A stretch of DNA of 39,172 bases, from NCBI GenBank assembly GCA_013375475.1, contig JABXKD010000033.1, positions 1 to 39,172 on the forward strand, given 5' to 3'. Source of the stretch: Promethearchaeota archaeon. GTDB lineage: Archaea > Asgardarchaeota > Lokiarchaeia > Sigyniarchaeales > SOKP01. This document shows, in pieces, positions 28,053 through 37,569 of this stretch. Position 1 is the first letter of the stretch. Every line of letters starts with the position of its first letter. The position numbers were made by a program, and so were the translations under genes. The notes under the pieces are model-generated. The model did not search any database. It was not told the origin of the DNA and saw only the letters and a list, made by a program, of their open reading frames with translations.

Positions 28053-30524
28053 ATGTCAAAAAAAAATGTTATGGTCCTGTTTAAAGTAAGGTTAAATCGC
28101 AATTATAAGGACATCCTTCTGCAACATCTCTCCCAACTTAAGCTAGTACATATTAAATCGAAATCTGAAAAAAGTAGCAACTATGAGATGGATAAAGATG
28201 TGTTTGATAGAATTAAAACCTTAAGCCAAAGTTTAGAAAGCTTATTTAAAGATCTTAATATCACTGAATCTGACTTCCAAAAACTATCATTTGAAGAGAA
28301 GGACAAACCAAAGTTTAAAGTTAAAGATATAGATGATTTAATTAACCAAGTGTTTAGTGAAATCAATTATTTTTCAAACCGGATAGATGAATTAAAGAAA
28401 TATAAGTCTCTAATTGAAATAGAATTAGATAAAATAAATAACATCCATGGAAGTTACTTATTTTTAGAGAAATATAAATTAACTCGAGATAAATTGATGA
28501 AATTCAAACGGTTAGAATTTAAGGCTTTCACTACTTATTCAAAGAACTTAGAAAATATCGAAATAGTTTTTGATTTCTCTCATTTTCCTAATTTTTTACA
28601 TTATGATTTTTTAAGTGAAAATAGATTAGCATTTTTCATAATATACCCGAAGGAAAAAGAAGCGGAATTTAAAGAGAGGATACGCATAATCCACGCCGAA
28701 GAGGTACCGATTTTAAAGAAATACTTACTTTCAGATGGAATTAATTTTCCGCGTATTGCGAAGGAAATTAAGTTCATTATAACCTCTTTAAATAAGAATC
28801 AGAGAGAATTAGAACGTTTAAGGGATGATAATCTCCTCTTATTTGCAGCCGCTTATGAAATCATTCAAAATTTAGAGGAATATAATTGGGTCTCCTATCA
28901 ATTTGAAGAGTTATCTTCAGATCAATTAAGTTTCAGTTTTTATTTACCTAAAGAAAAAAGACAAGAAATTTATCAAGGGCTAGTAGATAAATTCCAAGAT
29001 AAAATTACAATTGAATCTGTTGAGATTGCAAAAAATAAGACAGTAAAACTAGAATCGGATAAAAGTTCAATACTTTCAGATAAGTCAGTAAACGCAAAAA
29101 AATCTCAATTAAATGAAGAAATCGCAAGTAAAAAAGATAAAAAAGATGACTTAAGAACTTCTGCCCCTACAGTTATGAAAAATATTTTCTTATTTAAGCC
29201 TTTTGAAACAATAACAAAAATGTATGGAATCCCAGCTTATTCAGAGATCGATCCTACTCCTTTAATAGCACTAACTTTTCCACTTTTGTTTGGGATAATG
29301 TTTGGAGATATCGGGCATGGTATAGTTCTAATTATATCTGGTTTGTTAGGTTTTATCTTGTATAAAAATAAAAAAAGTAGAGATTTTTTAAATTTTTGCT
29401 GGATCATTATATATTGTGGTGTTGGGGCTATAATCTTTGGATTTCTATATGGAGACTTTTTTGGAATGCATGAAATTGAAATATTTGGAACTATTTTTTG
29501 GCATCTTACCCCATTATCAATTAGTTCGATTCTATTGTTATTGATACCACTCTTAGGAGATATAGCAATCGTTGGAGGAATTTTAGTTATCATCGGAGTC
29601 CTACTTTTTATAATAAAGCGTAGATTGGGGAAAATCTTTATTGGCTTTGGTGTGTTTATAGCATTATTTAGTTTCATTATTTACATATTAAACCTTCAAG
29701 GAATATTTCATTTACAGATTTTCAATGACACTCTATTTAATCCCTTGAATAATATTTTGTCAGTTTTTAAATTTGCTGTTCTGATTGGAGTTTTCCACCT
29801 TAATTTAGGTTGGTTTATTCAATTTATGAATTATTGGAAACAAAAGAAGAAATACTTAGGTTTTACAGATTCTATAATCAAAATACTTATATTAACGGGG
29901 GGAACGATTTTAATATTTACTTATGGATTCGATATATATACTTGGTTAGATCCTCCCTTTCCCATTTTATTAGTAGTAATTCCCGCCATCCTTCTAATTG
30001 TATTAAAACCTATTGGTAAAATGTTGCATGTCTCTTATCTAAAAAGAGAATCCGTAGGTGGACTTATCGGTGAGGGGACAATGGAAACATTTGAAACCTT
30101 TTTATCAATTTTGAGTAATGTAGCTTCTTATATTAGATTATTAGCATTGGCTTTAGCCCACATTTCATTGATGGTAGCAATTACAGCAATGTCAGATCTT
30201 GTTCAAGGTGGAGGGATAGTCAACGAAATAATTAGTACTATAGGTTTAATTTTTGGAAACATGATAGTAATTTTACTTGAAGGATTACTAGTATTTATCA
30301 ATGCCATTAGGCTACATTTCTATGAATTTTTCTTCAAATTTTATCAAGGAAGCGGAGTGACTTATATTCCTTTTTATTTAGATGATTCATATTCAGAAGT
30401 CACATTTGAAATTAGCAGTATCAAGGATGTTATATCCGAAGAAATAGATAGAGAAATTGAAGCAAAGAAAGGTTATCAAAATATTATAGAGGCAGAAAAA
30501 TATATAACTGGAAAATATTTATAA
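28053..30524 (+). CDS. atpI: A/V-type ATPase subunit I (a), 823 aa
   Basis: YGIPAYSEIDPT, FGIMFGDIGHG, essential Arg in SYIRLLAL, RLHFYEFF.KFY.G.G. Confidence 0.95.
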   Translation: MSKKNVMVLFKVRLNRNYKDILLQHLSQLKLVHIKSKSEKSSNYEMDKDVFDRIKTLSQSLESLFKDLNITESDFQKLSFEEKDKPKFKVKDIDDLINQVFSEINYFSNRIDELKKYKSLIEIELDKINNIHGSYLFLEKYKLTRDKLMKFKRLEFKAFTTYSKNLENIEIVFDFSHFPNFLHYDFLSENRLAFFIIYPKEKEAEFKERIRIIHAEEVPILKKYLLSDGINFPRIAKEIKFIITSLNKNQRELERLRDDNLLLFAAAYEIIQNLEEYNWVSYQFEELSSDQLSFSFYLPKEKRQEIYQGLVDKFQDKITIESVEIAKNKTVKLESDKSSILSDKSVNAKKSQLNEEIASKKDKKDDLRTSAPTVMKNIFLFKPFETITKMYGIPAYSEIDPTPLIALTFPLLFGIMFGDIGHGIVLIISGLLGFILYKNKKSRDFLNFCWIIIYCGVGAIIFGFLYGDFFGMHEIEIFGTIFWHLTPLSISSILLLLIPLLGDIAIVGGILVIIGVLLFIIKRRLGKIFIGFGVFIALFSFIIYILNLQGIFHLQIFNDTLFNPLNNILSVFKFAVLIGVFHLNLGWFIQFMNYWKQKKKYLGFTDSIIKILILTGGTILIFTYGFDIYTWLDPPFPILLVVIPAILLIVLKPIGKMLHVSYLKRESVGGLIGEGTMETFETFLSILSNVASYIRLLALALAHISLMVAITAMSDLVQGGGIVNEIISTIGLIFGNMIVILLEGLLVFINAIRLHFYEFFFKFYQGSGVTYIPFYLDDSYSEVTFEISSIKDVISEEIDREIEAKKGYQNIIEAEKYITGKYL

Positions 30525-30555
30525 CTGAAATTTTATATAATTTAAATTTAAGGAT

Positions 30556-31089
30556 ATGACTATGAAAGATGAAGATGGTATAGAAAACTCATCCCAAAAA
30601 AATAACTTTCGAGTCATACTCCTTTCGATCGTTTATTTAATAGCACTGGTATTTGCGTTTATTGTCATGTTAAATTTTGGAGTAGATCCATTTATAATCA
30701 TTATATTACTAGCTTTTATATCTTTATTAATCTTAGGATCCATTTTAAAGCGTAGAAAACAGAAATCACTATATTCAAAATTATATCCCGATAAAAAACA
30801 AATTACAATTCAAAGACCGACAAGAAAATTAGAATTGACTATTAAAGAAGAACAAGAGGCACCTATAGACAAAAAATTCAGAGAAGTGAACTTAAATTTT
30901 AAATATCGCAAATCTCTCATCAACAAATGTGAAAATTGCGGAATGATTATAACAAGTCATAAAAAAAAATGTCCTATATGTGGTAAAGCTCTCGAACTGA
31001 AAGGAATTATCATGAAATGCAAAAAATGTGGAATGACAATTCCAAAATCAGTGAAAAAATGTCCTGTTTGTGGAACGCGTGTAAGTTAA
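30556..31089 (+). CDS. Two-TM membrane protein with C-terminal tandem zinc ribbons
   Basis: Two hydrophobic helices, then CENC-x10-CPIC and CKKC-x10-CPVC. Confidence 0.8.
   Translation: MTMKDEDGIENSSQKNNFRVILLSIVYLIALVFAFIVMLNFGVDPFIIIILLAFISLLILGSILKRRKQKSLYSKLYPDKKQITIQRPTRKLELTIKEEQEAPIDKKFREVNLNFKYRKSLINKCENCGMIITSHKKKCPICGKALELKGIIMKCKKCGMTIPKSVKKCPVCGTRVS
30925..31074 (+). repeat. Intragenic duplication of a 60-nt zinc-ribbon unit (period 90 nt)
   Basis: 30925-30984 and 31015-31074 encode KCENCGMIITSHKKKCPICG and KCKKCGMTIPKSVKKCPVCG. Confidence 0.75.
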
Positions 31090-31124
31090 AAAATATAAGA
31101 ATTTAGAAATATAAAAAATATTTT

Positions 31125-32969
31125 ATGAAAATGGTCGTGGAAAAAAACAAGTCAACAGTGGGTTTTATTTCTGCTGTTTATGGTTCATTAGTCGAAATTA
31201 AAGGATTGGAAGATCATGTTCGCCTGGATGATTTAATAAAAATTACTAAGCACGATTTTTTATGTGAAGTAATTCAGATTTATTCTGATCGTATCATAGC
31301 CCAATGTTTCGAAAGCACAAATAGTATTAAATTAAAAGAAAAAGTTGTTTCTCTCTATCAACCTTTATCTATGGAACTAGCACCAGGTTTATTGGCAAAT
31401 GTATTTGATGGAATTCAAAGGCCGCTTGATATAACCTTTGAATACTTTCAAGAAGGGAAATTAAATAGAGGACTTGAATTTCCACCCCTATCAAGAAAAA
31501 AAAAATGGCATTTTATTCCAACAAGGAAAGTGAATGATTTTGTTCTTAGTGGAGATGAGATTGGAATCGTGCAAGAAACATCATTGATAGAACACAAAAT
31601 AATGGTACCTCCCAGTAAATCTGGAATTTTATCGTTTATAACTGATGAAGGAGACTATACAATTATTGATGAAATCTATACCCTAAAAAATGATAGTGAT
31701 GAAAAATCTTATTGTATGTTGCAAAAATGGCCAGTAACAAAAAGAAAACCTTTTTGCGAAAAAGAACAACCTAACGAGCCGTTAATAACTGGTGTGCGTA
31801 TTATTGATTTATTATTTCCTGTGGCAAAAGGGGGTACTTTTGCAGTTCCAGGAGGATTTGGAACGGGTAAAACAATACTACAGCAAAATATAGCTAAGTA
31901 TTGCGACGCAGATTTGATTGTATTCATAGGTTGCGGGGAACCGGGGAATGAAATTGCCAATGCTCTAAAACAATTTAGAGAAACTGTTGATCCTAATACT
32001 GGACACTCTTTATTAGAAAGAATTGCCCTTATTGTAAACACTTCAAATATGCCTGTGTCCGCCCGAGAATCAAGTCTTTTCTCAGGTATAACGGTCGCAG
32101 AATATTACAGAGACATGGGATACAATGTTGCTGTTATTGCAGATAGTATTTCAAGATGGGCAGAATCACTCAGAGAGATTTCGGGGCTTTTAGAGGAAAT
32201 GCCCGCCGAAGAAGGTTACCCCGCTTATTTACCTTCGAAATTATCAAGTTTTTATGAACGTGCTGGTATCTTTACAACTTTAGGACATGATTCTAACGGA
32301 AAAAGACGAAGAGGTTCTATAACAATTATAGGATCAGTATCTCCTCCTGCAGGGGATTTTAGTGAGCCAGTTACATCCGCTACAAAACGCGTTGTTCAGG
32401 GAATATGGGCTCTGGACCCCAAATTAGCATATCTTAAACATTATCCTGCCATTAGTTGGATAAATTCCTATTCAAATTACCCTGAATATTTAGCAGATTG
32501 GTGGGAACAGATAGATAAAGATTGGAATGACATTAAACTCGATTGGTCTGAGTGTAGAAAGCAAACAAATGAGATTTTAGCAAAAGAAAACGATCTAAGA
32601 TATATTACCCAACTACTTGGACAAAGAAATTTAGCTGAAGATCAAAAATTAGACCTTTATACAGCAAATCTTATAAGAAATGCCTTTTTCGTCCAAAATG
32701 CTTTCAATGAGATCGATAATTATACAAGTAGCAGAAAAATGTTAGGTCTCATTAAAGTTATACTTCTTTTATATAATAAAAGTAAATCGCTAATAAAGCG
32801 GGGTTTTATTATAAACGATAAATCATGTGACGCTGTCTTCGAGGAGATCATGCGAATTAGTCACTATGTTCCTAATAAGGATTTCGGGCCAATTGATAAG
32901 CTGAAGAAGAGTATTGATAATGAATCAATAAATTTAGTCTACAAAATTCAACGTAAAAAGAAGAATTAG
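31125..32969 (+). CDS. atpA: Second A/V-type ATPase subunit A with a GERGNE to GEPGNE substitution
   Basis: Full-length paralog of 24168..26003. Walker A GGFGTGKT is intact. GCGEPGNE (CCG at 31941-31943) and ADSISRWAE deviate from consensus. Confidence 0.93.
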   Translation: MKMVVEKNKSTVGFISAVYGSLVEIKGLEDHVRLDDLIKITKHDFLCEVIQIYSDRIIAQCFESTNSIKLKEKVVSLYQPLSMELAPGLLANVFDGIQRPLDITFEYFQEGKLNRGLEFPPLSRKKKWHFIPTRKVNDFVLSGDEIGIVQETSLIEHKIMVPPSKSGILSFITDEGDYTIIDEIYTLKNDSDEKSYCMLQKWPVTKRKPFCEKEQPNEPLITGVRIIDLLFPVAKGGTFAVPGGFGTGKTILQQNIAKYCDADLIVFIGCGEPGNEIANALKQFRETVDPNTGHSLLERIALIVNTSNMPVSARESSLFSGITVAEYYRDMGYNVAVIADSISRWAESLREISGLLEEMPAEEGYPAYLPSKLSSFYERAGIFTTLGHDSNGKRRRGSITIIGSVSPPAGDFSEPVTSATKRVVQGIWALDPKLAYLKHYPAISWINSYSNYPEYLADWWEQIDKDWNDIKLDWSECRKQTNEILAKENDLRYITQLLGQRNLAEDQKLDLYTANLIRNAFFVQNAFNEIDNYTSSRKMLGLIKVILLLYNKSKSLIKRGFIINDKSCDAVFEEIMRISHYVPNKDFGPIDKLKKSIDNESINLVYKIQRKKKN

Positions 32970-32992
32970 ACTACTTATTAGCTTTTTCTGGT

Positions 32993-33595
32993 TTAGGGTT
33001 TAAACCATTCAAAGAAGTAGTAACTTAAGGTTAGAGGATTAGCTATAACAAACTTCTTCCTCACTGAAGTAGCCAAACGTCCTGCACGTACCATATCAAT
33101 AGCGGTTATTTTTGCGTCATGAGGCAAAACATGAGCTATAAACGGAGAGTGCTCTAATCCCGGTCCTTTTTTGTATACTACAAAATCAGCACCAAACTTT
33201 AAACCCGGTCGGGGGATGTATCCTTTCTTTCTTAAATCCTGATAAATTACATATTTTTCTTCAAATTTATAGTGATTTTTTTTACTTATTTCATAAAATT
33301 CATCGTATGAGTAGAATTTATCAATTTTAGGGTCGTAAATAGTAATTTTATCGTTTTTTAGCAAATATAAAGCTTCTATTAGGGATAATTCCGAAGGTTT
33401 AGAAAAATATTCTAATCGAGGTTTGCTTATCCCAAGAGGAGATCCAAAAAACTTTTGTTTTACATATAAATACGATGCATAGAGAGGATTAAAAACAATA
33501 ACGCGATTATTAATATATTTAGCTGGAATCTTGGCTGGGATTAATTTTTCGTCTATATCCTCCAGTGAAATAGGCGATTCTTTTTCGTCAGTCAT
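32993..33595 (-). CDS. endA: tRNA-intron (splicing) endonuclease
   Basis: LSLIEALYL, GLKFGADFVVYKKGPGLEHS and RLATSVRKK contain the Tyr/His/Lys catalytic triad. Confidence 0.95.
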   Translation of the reverse strand: MTDEKESPISLEDIDEKLIPAKIPAKYINNRVIVFNPLYASYLYVKQKFFGSPLGISKPRLEYFSKPSELSLIEALYLLKNDKITIYDPKIDKFYSYDEFYEISKKNHYKFEEKYVIYQDLRKKGYIPRPGLKFGADFVVYKKGPGLEHSPFIAHVLPHDAKITAIDMVRAGRLATSVRKKFVIANPLTLSYYFFEWFKP

Positions 33596-33652
33596 CTAAT
33601 AAGATGTATTAAAAATAATTTAATAATTCTTTTAATTTAGTATACAACAGAT

Positions 33653-33665
33653 GAAAGTATATATA
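33653..33665 (+). promoter_or_regulatory. Putative BRE-TATA in the divergent endA/MEMO1 intergenic region
   Basis: GAAAG followed by TATATATA, about 40 nt upstream of the MEMO1 start. Confidence 0.4.
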
Positions 33666-33702
33666 TTTCTCAATAAATGATATTTATGAGAAGGTGATAA
33701 GT

Positions 33703-34590
33703 TTGGTTATAAGAAAAGCATCGCACGCGGGAAGTTGGTATCCTAGTAAAAAAGAAGCATTAATAAAAGATTTAAAGTCTTCTTTTTGTAATAACACATT
33801 CGGGCCGGGTAAATTGCCTGAATCGCTAAATATGGAAACAAGAACAATATTCGGAGGAGTATCTCCTCACGCAGGATATGCATTCTCCGGAAAATGTGCT
33901 GCCTTCACTTATTTAAATCTGTTTAAAGAGAAAATCCCAGATACAATCATAATATTAGGAACTGATCATGTGGGCTATGGAGGAGTCGCTCTTTTAGGAG
34001 ATGGGGCATGGGAAACGCCATTAGGGAACTTGGAGATTGATACTGAATTATCTCAGAAGATTATTGAGTCCAGCGATATAATTGTTGATGACCCTTCCGC
34101 TTTTACAGGATTTATGGAACGCGAACATAATATCGAGATTCAATTACCTTTCATTAAATTTTGCGCGGAAGATAAAGATGTAAAAATAGTTACAATGAAA
34201 TTTGGAGGTAAGAAGGATTATAGTGCGTTTGAAGTATTAGCAAACGATATAGCAACATCAATTAAAGCTCTTAATAAAGACGTTGTCATAGTAGCTTCAT
34301 CAGATATGTCCCATAAAAATGTGTCTAGTACAGAGCAGTTAGATCAGTTTAAAAAAATTGATCATGATGTCATAGATGCCTTTGTAGAATTCGATCCAAA
34401 AAAGACTCTATCGGCTGCTTCGCGAACTACTGTATGTGGAGCGCAAACGATAACGACCTTAATGTTGATTTGCAAGAATTTAGATTGCACCAATGGCAAA
34501 TCATTAAAGTACTATACAAGTACTGATGTCAGAGGAGAATATGGATATTGTGTTGGATATTTTTCCGGGATACTGATGAAATTAACTTAA
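33703..34590 (+). CDS. MEMO1 family protein (AmmeMemoRadiSam protein B)
   Basis: RKASHAGSWYP, SPHAGYAFSG, WETPLG, EHNIEIQLPF, VASSDMSH, TVCG, VGY. TTG 33703 lies behind SD AGGTGAT; the ORF-track GTG at 33694 is inside that SD. Confidence 0.92.
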   Translation: MVIRKASHAGSWYPSKKEALIKDLKSSFCNNTFGPGKLPESLNMETRTIFGGVSPHAGYAFSGKCAAFTYLNLFKEKIPDTIIILGTDHVGYGGVALLGDGAWETPLGNLEIDTELSQKIIESSDIIVDDPSAFTGFMEREHNIEIQLPFIKFCAEDKDVKIVTMKFGGKKDYSAFEVLANDIATSIKALNKDVVIVASSDMSHKNVSSTEQLDQFKKIDHDVIDAFVEFDPKKTLSAASRTTVCGAQTITTLMLICKNLDCTNGKSLKYYTSTDVRGEYGYCVGYFSGILMKLT

Positions 34591-34629
34591 AATATAAAAA
34601 CTAAAATTAAAGAAAAAATTTTGAGAAAC

Positions 34630-35709
34630 ATGCCAGAGGAAAATGAGAAAGTTGAGGATTTTATAAGTTTGTGGAAAAAAAAAATTTCAACTGAAAACAC
34701 ACCCTCAGTGATTGGAGATATACAAAAAGAAAACGAACTTTTACGAAGTAAAATTACTGCAAATATTGAGCTGATTACTAAATCTGAAGACATACTTAAG
34801 AAAGCTGTCGAGGAAAAAGAGAAATTAAGAAGAGAAAAAGATGAGGCAGTAACAGAAATAAACATAAAACTGACCGAATTAACGAAAGAGAATTCTGAGT
34901 TAGGACATAAAGTAAACAGTATGGTCAAATTGTTATTAGAGAAAGACGAAGAAATTAAATCTAAAAATAACGTGATCTCTAATCTACAAGCAACAGCAGG
35001 ATCTCCAGGAACAGTAGATTCTTCTTTAAATGATGTATTGGTGGAAGAATTAAGAACTCAAATAGTAGATAAAAATTCTATAATACAAGAATTGGAGATT
35101 AAAATTTCAGACTTAACAAAAGAAATCGAGAAGTTAAATGAAGAACAAGTTGAAAATTTAAGAGCTAAACCAGTGGATTATGTTGTCGGAGTTTCCTCGC
35201 CAGAACCTGCAGTAATAAAACCGTTACCACCTGAATCATCCTCAAAACCGCTTGAAATATTAATTCAAGACCTTCAATCAGATTTAACAAAGTATAAAAG
35301 AATAATTGATAAGTTGAAGCAAGAAAAAACTGAACTTAAAAGTGTGTTAGAAGGAGAAGGTCAAATATTTAGCGAACAAGATTTAGAGGAACTGAAAACG
35401 GAAAATGATTCGCTTAAAAAAGATCTAGAAGATATGCAAAAATCCATAAGCACTGGAAAAATGGGAGCACTTCCGGTTGATACTAGTCAGCTCGAGATGG
35501 AAATTACGAATCTCGAAAACAAACTAAGAGAAAAAGATAGTATAATAGCAGATTTAAAATTATCAGCAATTTCTCCAACCGAAGTCTCGGGCAATCCTAT
35601 GGCAGAATTAGTTGAGAACCTGCAAAAAAATATTAATAAATTAAAAACTACGATAATTGATAAAGATAAAAAGATTTTAGAGCTAAATAAAAGAATATCT
35701 CAATTGTAA
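34630..35709 (+). CDS. Segmented coiled-coil protein
   Basis: Several heptad-rich E/K/L segments separated by Pro/Ser/Gly linkers. No ATPase motifs. The ATG at 34630 is preferred over the TTG at 34621. Confidence 0.75.
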   Translation: MPEENEKVEDFISLWKKKISTENTPSVIGDIQKENELLRSKITANIELITKSEDILKKAVEEKEKLRREKDEAVTEINIKLTELTKENSELGHKVNSMVKLLLEKDEEIKSKNNVISNLQATAGSPGTVDSSLNDVLVEELRTQIVDKNSIIQELEIKISDLTKEIEKLNEEQVENLRAKPVDYVVGVSSPEPAVIKPLPPESSSKPLEILIQDLQSDLTKYKRIIDKLKQEKTELKSVLEGEGQIFSEQDLEELKTENDSLKKDLEDMQKSISTGKMGALPVDTSQLEMEITNLENKLREKDSIIADLKLSAISPTEVSGNPMAELVENLQKNINKLKTTIIDKDKKILELNKRISQL

Positions 35710-35862
35710 CTAATAGATTTTATATACAAATTTAATAAATTCGCTCTTATTTTAAATATTTATAATATGAGATTCTTTAGCCTAATTTAAACAATAAACA
35801 ATGTTTTCAATTATAATGAATGAGTAAATTTTTTCAATAATAAGAGATTAGAATAAGAAAAC

Positions 35863-36852
35863 ATGGGTATTCATGAGAAAAAATCTGATACAATTGTCAA
35901 TATTTGTTTTATCGGACATTTAGCCGTTGATAGTATTGTTAGATTTAAGCAAAAAAGAAAACCAACTTTGGGGGGATCTGTTACTTTTGGTTCTTTATCT
36001 CTAAAAAAATATGAAAAAACGGCAAAAATAGGGATAATATCTAATTTAGGAACTTTAAACTTCGATAAATCCCTATTGAAGCGATTTGACGATAGTTTTA
36101 TAGATCTTAGGGGCGTTAAATCGTTAGAGGTTGCCAATACAAATTTCATTATAGAGTATGTAGATCATTCCAGAACATTGACGCTCAAATCTAGGTGCCC
36201 AAATCTTAGATTTGACGAAATTCCTGATTTTTATTTTTCAAATCCTCCTCAAATTATCGTATTAGCTCCATTATGCAACGAAATTTCGTATAAATATGTT
36301 TCTAAAATATTAGAAGCTTTTCCGAGAGCTTATATTGGAATAGACTTACAAGGATTCATCAGAAATATTGATAAAAGTGGAAATGTATCTTATTTAAGAG
36401 AAGAATCCACGATAACAAATATAACAAAAATAATTAATTTGATAGGTGATAGGTTAATTCTAAAAGGCTCTGAAATTGAAATGAAAATGCTATCAAATCT
36501 AGAAAGCCCAGACAAAATAATGAATTGGTGTAAAGTTTTTAATAATAACGCGATATACATAATGACAATGGGAGAGGCAGGTTCAATGGTTATGAAATAT
36601 GGAGAAGAGTTAATAAAAATCCCCGCCTATAAACCTAAAAGGGTTGTAGATGAAACTGGTCCAGGGGATGTTTACTTAGCTATTTTTTTATATGAATTCT
36701 TCATATCTGATAAATCTTGGAACAAAATTGAAGAAATAAGTTATAAGGCTTCTGCAGCCGCATCTTTTTTAGTTGAAAAAAAAGGTCCTGAGGGGTTTGA
36801 AACTAAAAAGAAAGTAATGAAAAGAATTATGAGTAAGAAATATATCAAATAA
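35863..36852 (+). CDS. PfkB/ribokinase family carbohydrate kinase
   Basis: IGHLAVD, LGGSV, IDLQGFIR, MTMGEAGS, VVDETGPGDVY. Confidence 0.88.
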   Translation: MGIHEKKSDTIVNICFIGHLAVDSIVRFKQKRKPTLGGSVTFGSLSLKKYEKTAKIGIISNLGTLNFDKSLLKRFDDSFIDLRGVKSLEVANTNFIIEYVDHSRTLTLKSRCPNLRFDEIPDFYFSNPPQIIVLAPLCNEISYKYVSKILEAFPRAYIGIDLQGFIRNIDKSGNVSYLREESTITNITKIINLIGDRLILKGSEIEMKMLSNLESPDKIMNWCKVFNNNAIYIMTMGEAGSMVMKYGEELIKIPAYKPKRVVDETGPGDVYLAIFLYEFFISDKSWNKIEEISYKASAAASFLVEKKGPEGFETKKKVMKRIMSKKYIK

Positions 36853-36872
36853 ACAATTTTAAGAATATAATC

Positions 36873-37466
36873 ATGCATATAAACAGTCACTTTGCTATCG
36901 GTGTAATATTCGCTTCAATTTTAAACTATTTCTACAACTTTCCTTTATTTGATTTCGTTTTAATCGTTTTATTTTCTTTTGTTTGTGATCTTGATGTATT
37001 TTTTGCTAAATATGCAATTAAGCACAATCACAGAATGCTTATTTCTCATTCAATAATTCCCCCTTTTCTCCTACTAATAGTCGGAGTAATTCTTAATTGG
37101 CCCGCATTAGTCTATAGTGGTGCAGCGTATTCAATCCATGTTATTATTGATACTTTTGATTGGGGTACTAATTTTTTCTACTTTAAAAAAAAACCAATAG
37201 GGTTGAAACTATTAATAACAAAAGAAGAAATTGAAAATCTACCAGAATACTTATCAAAATTTAAAAAAGCAGAATCATTTTTCGATTCAAAATATTATAA
37301 CAGCAAAATAAGTTTGGGTATCGAAGCAATGCTATTTATCCTTATGATGGTATTTATTATTATTTTTGCTTTAGAATTTGTTTTAATCTCTTTATTTTAT
37401 TTTTTGGGCTTGTATTTTCATTTATCGAGACATTTCAAGCTAAAAAAAATAGAAGCAAAAAAGTAA
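36873..37466 (+). CDS. Membrane-bound metal-dependent hydrolase (YdjM-like)
   Basis: SH...DLD...HRMLISHS...HVIID motif set with hydrophobic helices. Confidence 0.75.
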   Translation: MHINSHFAIGVIFASILNYFYNFPLFDFVLIVLFSFVCDLDVFFAKYAIKHNHRMLISHSIIPPFLLLIVGVILNWPALVYSGAAYSIHVIIDTFDWGTNFFYFKKKPIGLKLLITKEEIENLPEYLSKFKKAESFFDSKYYNSKISLGIEAMLFILMMVFIIIFALEFVLISLFYFLGLYFHLSRHFKLKKIEAKK

Positions 37467-37569
37467 ATGCTCTATAATTAAAAGGAAAAAGATTTAAGAG
37501 TAAACCGATCGTATTACCCCTTATAATTATAAAAATAATCATAATTGAATGGAATTAAAGTGAAGAATA

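Noticed and set aside
223-36149. Short overlapping or antisense ORFs in the track (223, 558, 3674, 5855, 7605, 10971, 11701, 18709, 26011, 28181, 29237, 29810, 31709, 34587, 35871)
   Set aside because: They overlap well-supported genes on the opposite strand or in another frame and show no recognisable motifs; they are most likely shadow ORFs.
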